Source: Candidatus Eiseniibacteriota bacterium
Lineage (GTDB): Bacteria; Eisenbacteria; RBG-16-71-46; CAIMUX01; JAHJDP01
Length of the DNA: 64,000 bases
NCBI GenBank assembly: GCA_018831195.1
Contig: JAHJDP010000032.1
Coordinates: 159,094 to 223,093, forward strand
Reading direction: 5' to 3'
Under the pieces are notes generated by a model that saw only the letters and a program-made list of their open reading frames with translations, was not told where the DNA came from and did not search any database. The translations under genes were made by a program, and so were the position numbers. Numbering within the stretch: position 1 is the first letter of the stretch; the number at the start of each line of letters is the position of its first letter. Positions 18,982 to 30,100 of the stretch are shown in pieces.

Positions 18982-20145
18982 TTGAGCCTGAGGAATCTTT
19001 TGGAAGTGATGATGGAGAAAGGGGCATCTGATCTCCATCTCAAAGCCGGATCCCGGCCGGTTATTCGTATTGATGGACTTCTTCATAATACCGACTATCC
19101 CGTGCAGACTCCCGAATCGGTTGAGGAAATCTCCATGGAAATCCTCAAACCGAGCCAACAGGAGGCGTTGAGGGAAGAACGGGAAATCGATTTAGCTTTC
19201 GGTGTGCCCGGATTGGCGAGATTCCGTTGCAATATCTATTTTCAAAGAGGATCACAAGCCCTGGCGATCCGTTTTGTTCCGCTTGGGGTGCCTTCGTTGA
19301 GTGAGCTGAATCTTCCTCCGATCGTGGAAAATCTGGCCCTGTTGCCGCGCGGTCTGGTGCTCGTCACCGGCACCGTCGGCTCTGGGAAATCGACGACCCT
19401 CGCCGCCATGATCGATTTGTTAAACCGAACGCAATCGAGGAATATCATTACAATTGAGGACCCGGTTGAGTTTTTGCATCGGGATGACCGTTGCATTATC
19501 AACCAGCGGGAAGTTGGACAGGATACACCGAGTTTTGCCGCGGGGTTGAAACATGTTCTTCGCCAGGATCCCGATGTCATCATGCTGGGTGAAATCCGGG
19601 ATTCGGAGACAATGTCGGTGGCCCTTATGGCGGCTGACACGGGCCACCTTGTCTTGTCCACGCTGCACACTGTCGATGCGGCCCGCACCATCAACCGTGT
19701 TCTGTCGTTTTATCCGCCCGATCAGCATCAAGAGGTCCGGTATCTTATGGCGCAGACTCTCGCGGGCGTCGTGAGTCTGAGGCTGCTCCCGAGAAAAGAC
19801 AGCGCGGGTCGGGTTCCCGCCGCCGAGGTCTGTATCGCCACTCCGACGGTTAAAGAATATTTGATGGATGCCGCCAAATCGAATCGCATCTATGAGGCGA
19901 TGGCGGAGGGCTCGAACACATACGGCATGCAGATATTCGATCAGTCCCTTATGAAACTTTACTCTGAGGATCTGATCGGCTTGGATGTGGCTTTGCGCAA
20001 CGCTACCAACCCGACTGAGTTCAGACTCCGAGTCGCTGGAATCGAATCGGCGAGTGATGGGACTTGGAGGGGATTTCAGAAGGGGGCGGATAATCCGGAA
20101 GGGATGAAGGAGAAGAAGTCCCAGCACTTCGATTTTGATTCCTAG
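18982..20145 (+). CDS. pilT: PilT/PilU-family type IV pilus retraction ATPase homologue
   Basis: TTG start 4 nt after AAGGAGG. GASDLHL, Walker A GTVGSGKST, Asp box, Walker B DPDVIMLGEIRD and His box HLVLSTLHT are all present. Unusually, it is inserted between accB and accC. Confidence 0.85.
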   Translation: MSLRNLLEVMMEKGASDLHLKAGSRPVIRIDGLLHNTDYPVQTPESVEEISMEILKPSQQEALREEREIDLAFGVPGLARFRCNIYFQRGSQALAIRFVPLGVPSLSELNLPPIVENLALLPRGLVLVTGTVGSGKSTTLAAMIDLLNRTQSRNIITIEDPVEFLHRDDRCIINQREVGQDTPSFAAGLKHVLRQDPDVIMLGEIRDSETMSVALMAADTGHLVLSTLHTVDAARTINRVLSFYPPDQHQEVRYLMAQTLAGVVSLRLLPRKDSAGRVPAAEVCIATPTVKEYLMDAAKSNRIYEAMAEGSNTYGMQIFDQSLMKLYSEDLIGLDVALRNATNPTEFRLRVAGIESASDGTWRGFQKGADNPEGMKEKKSQHFDFDS

Positions 20146-20201
20146 GGGATGGGACACCATCCGCGCTGAAGGAAACCCGGCACCGCCAAGGAGGGCGACG
20201 A

Positions 20202-21572
20202 ATGTTTAAAAAGATCCTGGTGGCCAACCGGGGTGAAATCGCCGTTCGTATCATTCGGGCCTGTCATGAGCTGGGTATCGAAGTGGTCAGTGTTTACTCC
20301 GAGGGAGATCGGGACTCGCTTCATGTCCGACTGGCCGATGAAGCGGTCTGTATCGGCCCGGCCCCAAGCCGCAGCAGTTATCTCAACACCACCGCCATTA
20401 TCAGCGCCGCCCTCGTCACACGGTCGGAGGCCATTCATCCCGGCTATGGATTTCTTGCTGAAAACGCCAATTTTTCCGAAGCCTGCGAGCAATCCGATCT
20501 CGTCTTCATCGGACCGCGACCCGAGGCTATTCGCTTGATGGGTGACAAGGCGATGGCCCGGAAGGCGATGCAGGAAGCCGGCGTTCCTGTTGTTCCGGGA
20601 AGCGACGGTATCATTGAATCGCTTGAGCAGGCCCGTAACGTAACCCAGAAAATGGGCTTTCCCATGATTATGAAGGCGAAGGATGGGGGCGGTGGCAAGG
20701 GGATGCGGATTGTCTGGAGTGAATCGGAACTGGAGTCTGCCTTCGCAATGGCCACAGCGGAAGCTGAGGCGGCCTTCGGCAGCGGTGCTATGTATATGGA
20801 ACGATTCCTCGAAAAACCCCGGCATGTAGAGATCCAGGTTGCGGCGGATTCGGAGGGGAATGTCGTCCATTTTTATGAAAGAGATTGTTCTATTCAGCGG
20901 CGGCATCAGAAGCTGCTTGAGGAGTCGCCTTGTCCGATTCTCACCAAAGAGAAGCGCGCACAGCTGACCGATACGGCGGTTCGCGGCGCCCAGGGAATCG
21001 GGTATTCCAGTTTGGGCACCATGGAATTCCTGCTCGATGAGGACGGCAGTTTTTATTTTATGGAGATGAATACACGGCTTCAGGTTGAACATCCCGTCAC
21101 CGAAATGATAACGGGAAGGGACCTTGTTCGGCTTCAGATTTCGATCGCCGCGGGAAATTCCTTGCCGTTCCTGCAGCAGGATATTCAATTGAGCGGACAC
21201 GCCATTGAATGTCGGATCAACGCCGAGGATCCCCGCCGCAATTTTCGTCCGGTTCCGGGCCCGATCCGTTTCTTTCATGCGCCCGGAGGGCCGGGTGTGA
21301 GGGTTGATTCACATTTGTACAGCGGATACAGTGTTCCATCCCACTATGATTCTCTCTTAGCGAAGATCATTGTTAAAGATGATGAGCGTGGCGCGGCGAT
21401 TGCGCGGATGAAAAGAGCCCTGGATGAGCTGGTGATCGAAGGCATACCGACAACAGCGACCTTCCATATCGATGTGATGCAAAATGAAGATTTTATCATC
21501 GGGAAAAATGTCGATACCGGATTCCTTCGGAAGTACATGCCACAATATGATTCGAGCCGGAAAAAAGAGTGA
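20202..21572 (+). CDS. accC: acetyl-CoA carboxylase biotin carboxylase subunit
   Basis: MFKKILVANRGEIAVRIIRAC… ATP-grasp and biotin carboxylase motifs. 456 aa. Confidence 0.9.
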   Translation: MFKKILVANRGEIAVRIIRACHELGIEVVSVYSEGDRDSLHVRLADEAVCIGPAPSRSSYLNTTAIISAALVTRSEAIHPGYGFLAENANFSEACEQSDLVFIGPRPEAIRLMGDKAMARKAMQEAGVPVVPGSDGIIESLEQARNVTQKMGFPMIMKAKDGGGGKGMRIVWSESELESAFAMATAEAEAAFGSGAMYMERFLEKPRHVEIQVAADSEGNVVHFYERDCSIQRRHQKLLEESPCPILTKEKRAQLTDTAVRGAQGIGYSSLGTMEFLLDEDGSFYFMEMNTRLQVEHPVTEMITGRDLVRLQISIAAGNSLPFLQQDIQLSGHAIECRINAEDPRRNFRPVPGPIRFFHAPGGPGVRVDSHLYSGYSVPSHYDSLLAKIIVKDDERGAAIARMKRALDELVIEGIPTTATFHIDVMQNEDFIIGKNVDTGFLRKYMPQYDSSRKKE

Positions 21573-21583
21573 CCGTATCCTGA

Positions 21584-22669
21584 TTATCTGTGAGCCCGCC
21601 AAAGCAGGAAGAGACCGATTATAGAAAATGTGATATTCCCAAGCCATGCCGAAAGAAGGGGTGGGAGGGTGGCATGATACCCGAAGGCCTGTCCGACCCG
21701 GATGAAGGCGAAGTAGGCGAAACCCAAAAAGAGCGAGAGGCCGACTCCCAGTGCGACATTGCCTCCCCGCCTGTTGCGGAGCGAGAGAACCGATCCCAGT
21801 AACACCATGACCAGACTGCTGAACGGGAATGATCCCCGTATGTGATAATTGACCTCATATTTCTGGACCCGCACGCCCCCCTCGCCGAGACGGCAGATAT
21901 ATTGACGCAACTGTGTACGGCTCATGTAGAGCGGATCACCTTCCGGCCGCGCAAAATCTTCGGGTCTTTCCTCAAGGCGGGAATCGGCATATTTGTTGAA
22001 ACGGACCCCGATTTCCTGCTCTTCTAAAAAGCGACGCAGGATACCGGTGCGGAATTCCCAAATCTCATTACGCCAGGTGGCGCGCTGGGCGTCCAACCGC
22101 CACTCCAATTCCTGGGCGCCCTTCTTGGGATGCTGAACGGAAACAGTTCTGAGAATTTTGGTTGGGGCTTCATACGAAGCCGCCAGATAGATCCGGCCCA
22201 TGTGGCCGAGAAGGAGGATATCGCTGCGGCTGGCGCCCGATGTATGCTGGCGTCCGCGGATCTTGGTTCGATAAAGCTCTTCTTGCATGCGCGTCGTGTT
22301 CGGTGTCACCTGTTCGTTGATCAGCAGGGTCCCGACGGAAATGGCCGCCCCGGCCACAAGAAGCGGAGCGAGGATACGCAAGGGTGTGAATCCGGAGACC
22401 TGCATCGCGGTCAGCTCTCCCCATTTTTTAAGCTGGCCGAGGGAGAGAACGGCTCCCAACAACAGCGCGATGGGGATGACCTCGATGATGACCAGGGGAA
22501 GCCCAAAGAGGTAATACTGAATAACCACAGGGATAGAGGCTTTGTGATCGATAAATATATCGATTTTTTCGAAAAGATCGACGATGACAAAAATGCCGAC
22601 GAAGGCGACGAATCCGATGGTGGAGAAGAGTAGAAACTCTCTCAGAAGATGTCGATCAAGGATTTTCAC
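21584..22669 (-). CDS. lptG: LptF/LptG-family LPS export permease
   Basis: YjgP/YjgQ-family sequence. I chose the GTG at 22669 (VKILDRHLLREF…) because it lies 8 nt downstream of the lptF stop and parallels the lptF start. The longest ORF would overlap lptF by 91 nt. Confidence 0.7.
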   Translation of the reverse strand: MKILDRHLLREFLLFSTIGFVAFVGIFVIVDLFEKIDIFIDHKASIPVVIQYYLFGLPLVIIEVIPIALLLGAVLSLGQLKKWGELTAMQVSGFTPLRILAPLLVAGAAISVGTLLINEQVTPNTTRMQEELYRTKIRGRQHTSGASRSDILLLGHMGRIYLAASYEAPTKILRTVSVQHPKKGAQELEWRLDAQRATWRNEIWEFRTGILRRFLEEQEIGVRFNKYADSRLEERPEDFARPEGDPLYMSRTQLRQYICRLGEGGVRVQKYEVNYHIRGSFPFSSLVMVLLGSVLSLRNRRGGNVALGVGLSLFLGFAYFAFIRVGQAFGYHATLPPLLSAWLGNITFSIIGLFLLWRAHR

Positions 22670-22677
22670 CGTGTGGC

Positions 22678-24030
22678 CTACTTCCCCGTACCGAATGCGC
22701 ATGTCTTCCAGGTCAGATAGATGCCCAACAAACCCAGAATAATATTCGGCAGCCACATCGATACCCAAGGAGGCAAGATAGCCCGGTCCGCCAATTGTTC
22801 TCCTCCCACAAGGGCCAGGTAGTAGAAAAGGAAGAATCCGACGCTGATGAATCCCGCCGCCATGCCGCCCCTCCGCGATTGAATACCTAATGGAGCCCCC
22901 AAGAGAACAAAAATGATACAGGCGGCCGGAATCGAAAATTTCTTCTGTATCTCAACTTTGAACTGAGCGATTCGTTTTCCGGTGGCGAGAACCTGCAGCT
23001 CCTTTCGGCGCGCTTCCTCAACCCAGCGCCTTTGCTTCGGCCCCACCATCGAATCGGGCAGGACCGATTGGACCGTTGCGGGGCGCAACCAGGGGATCCA
23101 TCGCAGCAGCCTGGGAAGCGGCTTTGGCGCTGGGCCCGGCAGCTGGCGAAAATCGGTGAGCCCAAGCGTGGCCAGAGCCGTGTCCCGCTCCGCTTCATAT
23201 TGACCCGCCTCGGCATGCAGCTCTTCTATCTTTTCTACCATCATCGGGATCGACATCTCCCGTTGACCACGGGACCGGCGCACCGGGTTGGCTTGCCCCC
23301 GTTGGGAATTGTCGGTGATATTCATGGTTTGCCTTTCGAAGTGCAGGCGCCGGTATGTCGTGCCGCCTCCCTCGGCCTGAGCCTCATGAACCTCGCCGTC
23401 TTCCAATTCAAGGACAAGAATTCCCTGCTCCGGCTTGTAATGAAGAAAACCCTGTTTGGCCAGAATGGTCCGGGGCTGGGTCGAGCCCATGGAAGAATCA
23501 AAAATCATAACCTGCTGCATCCTTCCCGATCGGTCATCAAGCCGGCTGATAAACAAGGTGTAACCTGGAAAGTCGTCGATGAAGACTCCTTCCTGAATCT
23601 GTGCCGTTGGTCGGGTTTTGTTGACTTGTACGATGAGGTTGGCGAAGGCATGATTTGTATCGGGTAGTATGTAATTATTGAAGAGCGCCAGGGCGGCGGC
23701 AATGATCACGGAAAGGATCAGGGAAGGCATGATAATCTGGGTGAGAGAGACACCCCCGGCTTGGAGGGCCAGAGCTTCGTTGTCCTGAGCCATCCTGCCG
23801 TACGTCATCAGGACGCCGACGAGAACGGCACAGGGTACGCTGAGGGCCAGCATCCACCCGAGTCCCAAAATATACATCCGGGCCACGGTGAGAAAGGGGA
23901 TCCCCTTGCCGATGAAGAGATCGAGGTAGTCCAGCAGAAAATCCATCGATAGGAGCGCGGTCACAACGCCCAGCCCGAGCAGGCTCGGCCAAATGAGGGA
24001 TCGGATGACGTAGCGTTGCAGGATCGTCAC
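22678..24030 (-). CDS. lptF: LptF/LptG-family LPS export permease
   Basis: YjgP/YjgQ family. GTG start at 24030 (VTILQRYVIRS…) is preceded by GGAAAGGGG. The 54-codon N-terminal extension of the longest ORF is not family-like. Confidence 0.7.
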   Translation of the reverse strand: MTILQRYVIRSLIWPSLLGLGVVTALLSMDFLLDYLDLFIGKGIPFLTVARMYILGLGWMLALSVPCAVLVGVLMTYGRMAQDNEALALQAGGVSLTQIIMPSLILSVIIAAALALFNNYILPDTNHAFANLIVQVNKTRPTAQIQEGVFIDDFPGYTLFISRLDDRSGRMQQVMIFDSSMGSTQPRTILAKQGFLHYKPEQGILVLELEDGEVHEAQAEGGGTTYRRLHFERQTMNITDNSQRGQANPVRRSRGQREMSIPMMVEKIEELHAEAGQYEAERDTALATLGLTDFRQLPGPAPKPLPRLLRWIPWLRPATVQSVLPDSMVGPKQRRWVEEARRKELQVLATGKRIAQFKVEIQKKFSIPAACIIFVLLGAPLGIQSRRGGMAAGFISVGFFLFYYLALVGGEQLADRAILPPWVSMWLPNIILGLLGIYLTWKTCAFGTGK

Positions 24031-24174
24031 GAAACCCCTTTCCAGCGGTTCGCTCGCGGCTGAAAATCCGCCCGGTGGATGACTTTTGAACTTTTCCCCA
24101 ACCCCAGAGTATAGAATGCGGGGCCGGAAGGGAACCGAGTCCTTGAACCCTCTAACCTTATCGCTGTTCCGGAG
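24031..24174. promoter_or_regulatory. divergent promoter region between lptF (minus strand) and the giant OMP gene (plus strand)
   Basis: 144-bp non-coding gap between divergent starts. Confidence 0.3.
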
Positions 24175-27100
24175 ATGACCGGTAGTATTCACTACAAAAA
24201 ATGGGGCCGCAAGGCCGGTCTAGTTGGGATCATCACGGGTATCTGCCTGTTGATATTCTTCGGACTATCGCAGGGGCTACCTCAAGAAATGATTCCCGCA
24301 CCGGATCAGCTGGCGCCCGGTGTCTTATCGGGGGACTCAACAGAGGTTGATACCCTCGAAATGTCGGCGGAGGGAGAAATCTCTTCGGCTCAGGATACCG
24401 CAGAGCCCGATTCTCTCCCGGCGCCGATCACGGCCGCCATGGACCCCCTGATGGGCCCACCGGTTGCTTTGATCCCGGAGTCCGCCGATGCACTCCCGGC
24501 GCCGATCACGGCCGCCATGGACTCCCTGATGGGCCCACCCGCTCCTATGCTTCCCGATTCCCTGCCGGAGATAACGGTGACCGTCGCGCCGAAAGCTCTT
24601 CCCAGTCCAAGGGCCGGAACAGATGTGGAGACCATCCAAGCCGAAACCTTTGAAGGAGACAGCTTGAAAATAAGTCCCCTCTGGGACTTTATTCCCCGGT
24701 GGCATCCAAGTGATGATCTGCTGTTTTTCCGAATCTATAGAACGAACCGGGCGCGCGCTTTTATTTTGGATACCCTCGGACTCTATCATGAGAAGTTTCC
24801 TGTTTCAGACACGACAGGTTTTTCTATCATTTTCCCCGAAGATATGGGGATTAGGGATCGCGAACGGACGACCACTCAATATGCGCCGGATATCAACAAC
24901 CGGACCATCGTGCGATACAAACTCATCCGCGATGTCGCCCTCGGCCTCAGGATTCAGGAAACATATGATCAATATCTCGAGAGATTGACCCGCCTAACGA
25001 TCCACAAGATCTGGAGAGAAGAGGTCAAAAAGACGCTGGCGGAGCAGGCTGATCTGGGAAGCAAAGCCGGATTGGTGAAAATCGACCTGCCGGTCGAGGT
25101 CCCATCGCAACTCTCTCCCATCTTTGGAAAGGGGAAACCGAATCTTTCGGTTCGGGGAAGCGAGAAGATCTCTATCGGCGGAACATCACGCTGGCATCCC
25201 AACCGCCCCGTCAACGAGTTCCAACGGAGGGAATCCAAATTTCCACAGCTGGATATGAAGCAGGAATTGAACCTGCGCCTTTCGGGAAATATTGGAGACA
25301 AGGTTTCCGTCGACGTCGATCAAAACAGCGCGGCGGTCACGCCCCTCGAAAACCGGATCAAGATCCACTACACCGGTTATGAGGATGAGATCATCCAGCG
25401 GGTTGATCTTGGAAATACAAGTCTCAGCCTTCCCGGAACCCGTTACGTCTCCTACGGCGGCAGCCACCAGGGGCTCTTTGGAATTAATGCCCAGGCCAAG
25501 ATGGGGGATGTGGGGCTGAATATGATTCTCTCAAAGCAGGAAGGAGAGACGGCCTCGAAAACGGTGACCCGATCCAGTGAAATGACGACGATTTTGATCA
25601 AGGATTTAAATTATCAGGGGAATCAGTATTTCTTCTTTAGCGACCCGAATTTGAATCCAACCAATATTGATGCCAACTCAGTCTTTGTCTTCGTTGACGA
25701 CGCCAATGGGTATAACAATACACAGACCGGCGCCATTCATGGATTTGCGACATTAGACGGATCATATGATCCACAGAACCCGACTGCCGGCGCGGTTTAT
25801 GAAGGAGATTTTGATCAACTTCATTTGAAAGATGATTTCCTCCTTCAGACCGACCTCTACTTCGGCCACATGGTTCTCATCCTGAACCAGCCCCTCAGTA
25901 CAGATGATGTTCTGGCTGTTATGTACAAGACGACCAGCGGATTCCAAGTGGGCGGCATCGACGGTGATAGGCTCATCGCGAAGATGATCCGGCCCTCGCG
26001 CAGTGATTCGGACTATGATCTTACCGATTTGACATCCGGCGTGTGGGCTTCAACGCGCCATCTGGAAATGAAGAATATTTATTGGCTCGGCGGCCGCGGC
26101 ATTCTCGAGGAAAGCCTCGAGATAAAGGTCCGCCGCGAGCTGACCTCCGGTCAGCAGATTGATCCGTGGAAGGAAGGACGCTTCAGCTATCTCCAGATCC
26201 TCGGCGTCGACCTGCTGGAGCAGACAGGAGCCTCATCATGGGAGCCCAGCCTGGAGGGGGATGATATCGTCGATCCTCAATGGATCGATCCGGAGGGGGG
26301 ATTCATCATCTTCCCCACGCTTCGGCCTTTTGATCCAAGTCCGGCGGATAGCCTGCGGATGTACGGTCCCGGGGGAATCATGGCGTCGCAAGGCGTCAAT
26401 CCTGATTCGATCCCGATCCTGGCTCCATCTGTCAGAAATTCCGATGTCTATGATGCGAAGGCATTCGATGATGATCCCCTGACCCACAGCAAGTTCTACC
26501 TCGATGTGACCTATCGCAGCCCCGTCACAAGCCTTCAAATCGACGCCTTTAACATTATTGAAGGGTCTGAGGTGATTACCTCAGGCGGCCGGACGCTGTC
26601 CCGGGATCGGGATTACCGGATCGATTACCTGACCGGTGATATCGAGATCCTGCCCGCGGCGAATCTGTCGGAAGATGATGAAATCAAGGTCAATTATTCG
26701 ACGATCCCCTTCGCCGGGGGAGCCGATAAATCTCTGTTCGGTTTCGCCGCGGCTTACAAACCGGAGGGCTCCCCTCTCGCGCTTTCCTCAACCTGGGTTT
26801 TTGACAGCCAGGGATCACAGGATCGAAGACCACGATTGGGGCAGGAGCCCCGAAGGACCGCCGTCGGCGAGCTGGCCATGAGCTACCAAACATCACCCTG
26901 GTTCCTGACCTCCCTGATCGACGCCCTCCCCGGTGTTGATGCGCGGGCGAGAAGTTCCCTCTCGATAGACGCCGGAGTGGGGATGAGCATGCCCAATCCC
27001 AATACAAAAAACCGCCTCTACCTGGATGACTTTGACGGCACCAACGAGACTCAAGATATCTCCGTCAACCGGCAGGCTTGGCGGCCCTCATCGATCCCGC

Positions 27101-30100
27101 AGGGTGTCTTCGGAGAGAATGAAACAGAGAGGGCGGGAAAGAGGGGCGAGATTTGGTTCTACTCGCCGTTGAATGTTGTTCATGAGGGGAATCTTCAGCC
27201 AACCCTTAAAGAAACGGAGGCCGATGACAGCAAGACGGTTCTGGAGATGAAAATATTCCCTTATGGCACGAGCGATGAAGATCGATTCACTTCTTGGAAC
27301 GGGGTGACGCAGGCGATCTCCCGCCGGGACATTGATCTTTCACAAGCTCAATTTCTCGATGTCTGGATAAATGATAAGCACCAGTACCAAGAGGGTGTGG
27401 ATCCCTCAACCTACCGGCAGGGTGTTCTGCATCTCGATTTCGGGATTGTAAGCGAGGACGCCGTCTGGAAGCGCCGGAATCCGAGATCCGACGATTTTAT
27501 TTTCGCTAACAACCCGGCTGAGCCGCCGAATCTGGAGCTGGACACAGAAGACAAAAACCTCGATGGGCAGCTCGATCAATCTTCTGGTGAGGGGGAGGAT
27601 ACGGGGCTTGACGGGATACCCGATGGACAAGCCGGAGATGACCCTTTTGATGATTGGAGTTTTGATAAAGAGGATCGCCAGGACGACCCCTGGATCTATG
27701 GACATGTGAACGGTACGGAGAAAAATGGCCGTCTGGATACGGAGGATCTGAATGGCAATGGCCTTCTTAATCAGAGTGAGGCCTACTTTGAATTTACCAT
27801 TCCATTGGATGATACGACGATTGTCGAGACCGATATCTATCGTGATTTCGGCGGCGGCCGGTGGGTCGATGAAACAAATGCTTGGAGGCGTGTGCGGATT
27901 CCAATCAGCGCCGCCGCAGATACGATCGGTTCGGCGGCATGGAATAAAATACAGCATGTTCGTCTTTGGACGGAAGGTTTTAGAGACACGACCAATTGGA
28001 TTCAGGTCGGTGGGATCCAGATGATTGGAAACCGGTGGCTCGATGATCCGATCCTGAAGGCCGATGGAGATGTTGTCAGCGATAGCTTCCTTAATGCAAA
28101 TAACGAAGCCTTTTTCCCCGGTGTTCTCAATAACAAGGAAAACAGCGATATTTATACGCCGCCCTTTAAAGTTCGAGTTCAAAACGGAGTCGATGAGCGT
28201 GAGCAATCCTTGACACTGGAAATGCGAAATATGCCCCCGGGTCACTCCGCCCAGGTGTACCGCACCTATGCCAGGGGCCAGGATTTCATAACCTATTACG
28301 AGACGATGGAGTTTTATCTCAACCGGCGGATGGAGCAGGAGAGCGCCGAGGTCGATTTTTACATTCGATTGGCCAAAGATGTCATCAGCGATACGACAAA
28401 CTATTATGAATACCGCATTCCAGTTAAACGTGGGTGGGAGTTGATCACCGTTCCCTTGGCCGATCTGAGCGCACTGAAACTTGTTCAGGATTCCACGGAG
28501 TATGTCGAGCGGATCCTGCCCGACGGTGGTATCGTCAGCATGAAGGGCAAGCCGACTCTTACCAGCGTGGGCCGCATCGCCATGGGTGTTCGGGTGCAGG
28601 GTGATACGATGGTCGAGCAGGGAAATGTCTGGGTCGATGAATTGCGTCTGACAGGTGTCCGGAGGGATACGGGGATCGCCGGAAGGTTCAGCCTTTCCGC
28701 CAAGCTGTCCGATGTCGCCGAGGTGAATTTGAACTATGAACGCGCCGACGCCGACTTCCTCCAGGTGGGCTCCCCGAAGGGATCCGGCTTCACGAGGACA
28801 TTGACCGGGCTCAATTCGCGAATCAATATGGAACGCTTTATCACGTGGTCCCGCCTGGTTCTGCCGGTCTCGTTCGGATTTCAACAGGACAAGAGAGTTC
28901 CAAAATACAGGGTCAACAGCGATATCGAATTGAGGGGGCAGGAAACCGACCGGGATATCTCCGAATCCGCGACTCGGAATTTCCAAATGCGGATCAGCCG
29001 CGTGCGGACCGATAATCCATTACTGAAGTATACCATTGATGCCATGTCGGGGAGTTATACATATAATTGGAGTGGGAAAAGCGAACCGTTGAGCCAGGAT
29101 ACGACGCGATCATCACAATACAGCTTTTCCTATGCGCCGCAGGTTTCATTCCGGGGCTTGAAAGTATATAAGAATACGATGTTCAATCCCGTACCGACGA
29201 GTTTCGGGATCACATCCAGTTACCACAAAAGCGAATCGGTCCGATACCAGAGGATCAACAGTGATTTGGCACAAGATTATGAGCGTCTTGACCGCCAGGC
29301 GAAACAGAAATCGGCCGCATTGAGCACCTCTTTGGGCTTCAAACCGATCGGTCCGATAAGTTACTCACTGAGCTCCAGCCGGGATCTTATGGTGAAGGAA
29401 AAGATGCCGATTCTCGGTTTAGCGTGGGGACGCGAAACATCGAGAAAAGAACAGGTCTCGGCGAGCACATCAGTCAGGTTCTTAAGCTTTCTACTGGGAC
29501 CCAAGATTACTCCGTCGGTAAGCTTCACCGGGCAGTCGACCCTTGATCTCAACCGGCCCGGCAATGCGGGGGACAGTCTCGGTGTACGGATTAATACATT
29601 GAGAAATTCCCGATCCACATCTTTGTCGGTGCGTTTTCCGATTAAGGAGCTCTTCGCCCGGTTCTCCGGAGGCGGTTCTTCAAAAAATTCAATTCAGGAA
29701 GGCAGAGATAAGGGCGGAGGCCAGGATAGAAATGAAGAAGATGATGAAGAAACGCAGGTTGGGGATGGGGGAACAACGCAGACCCGGCAGCGCAAGCGAT
29801 CGGGTCCCTCGCCGCTCGCCAGGCTGCTCACTGTCGGTAATCTCAATGCCTCTTACAGCAAAAACCTGAGTACGAGCTACAACAGGGCTCAAGGCATACC
29901 TGATTTTATCTATCGGCTGGGCTTAACCAATGATCCCGGCAAGAGCGTTAAACAGTTGGATGGAGCGACTTCCTTAACAGGGGATGGGGATAATCTATCC
30001 CTGAAGACCGATTTTACCTTCATGAAAGAAGTCCGGGTCTCGACGAGTTATCAAAGAAACAATACCGACACACGTCAGATCGGAGGCGTCAGCCATTCAA

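Noticed and set aside
22130-22633. 167-aa plus-strand ORF inside the lptG region
   Set aside because: It is antisense to a well-supported membrane permease gene, and its composition is acidic low-complexity.
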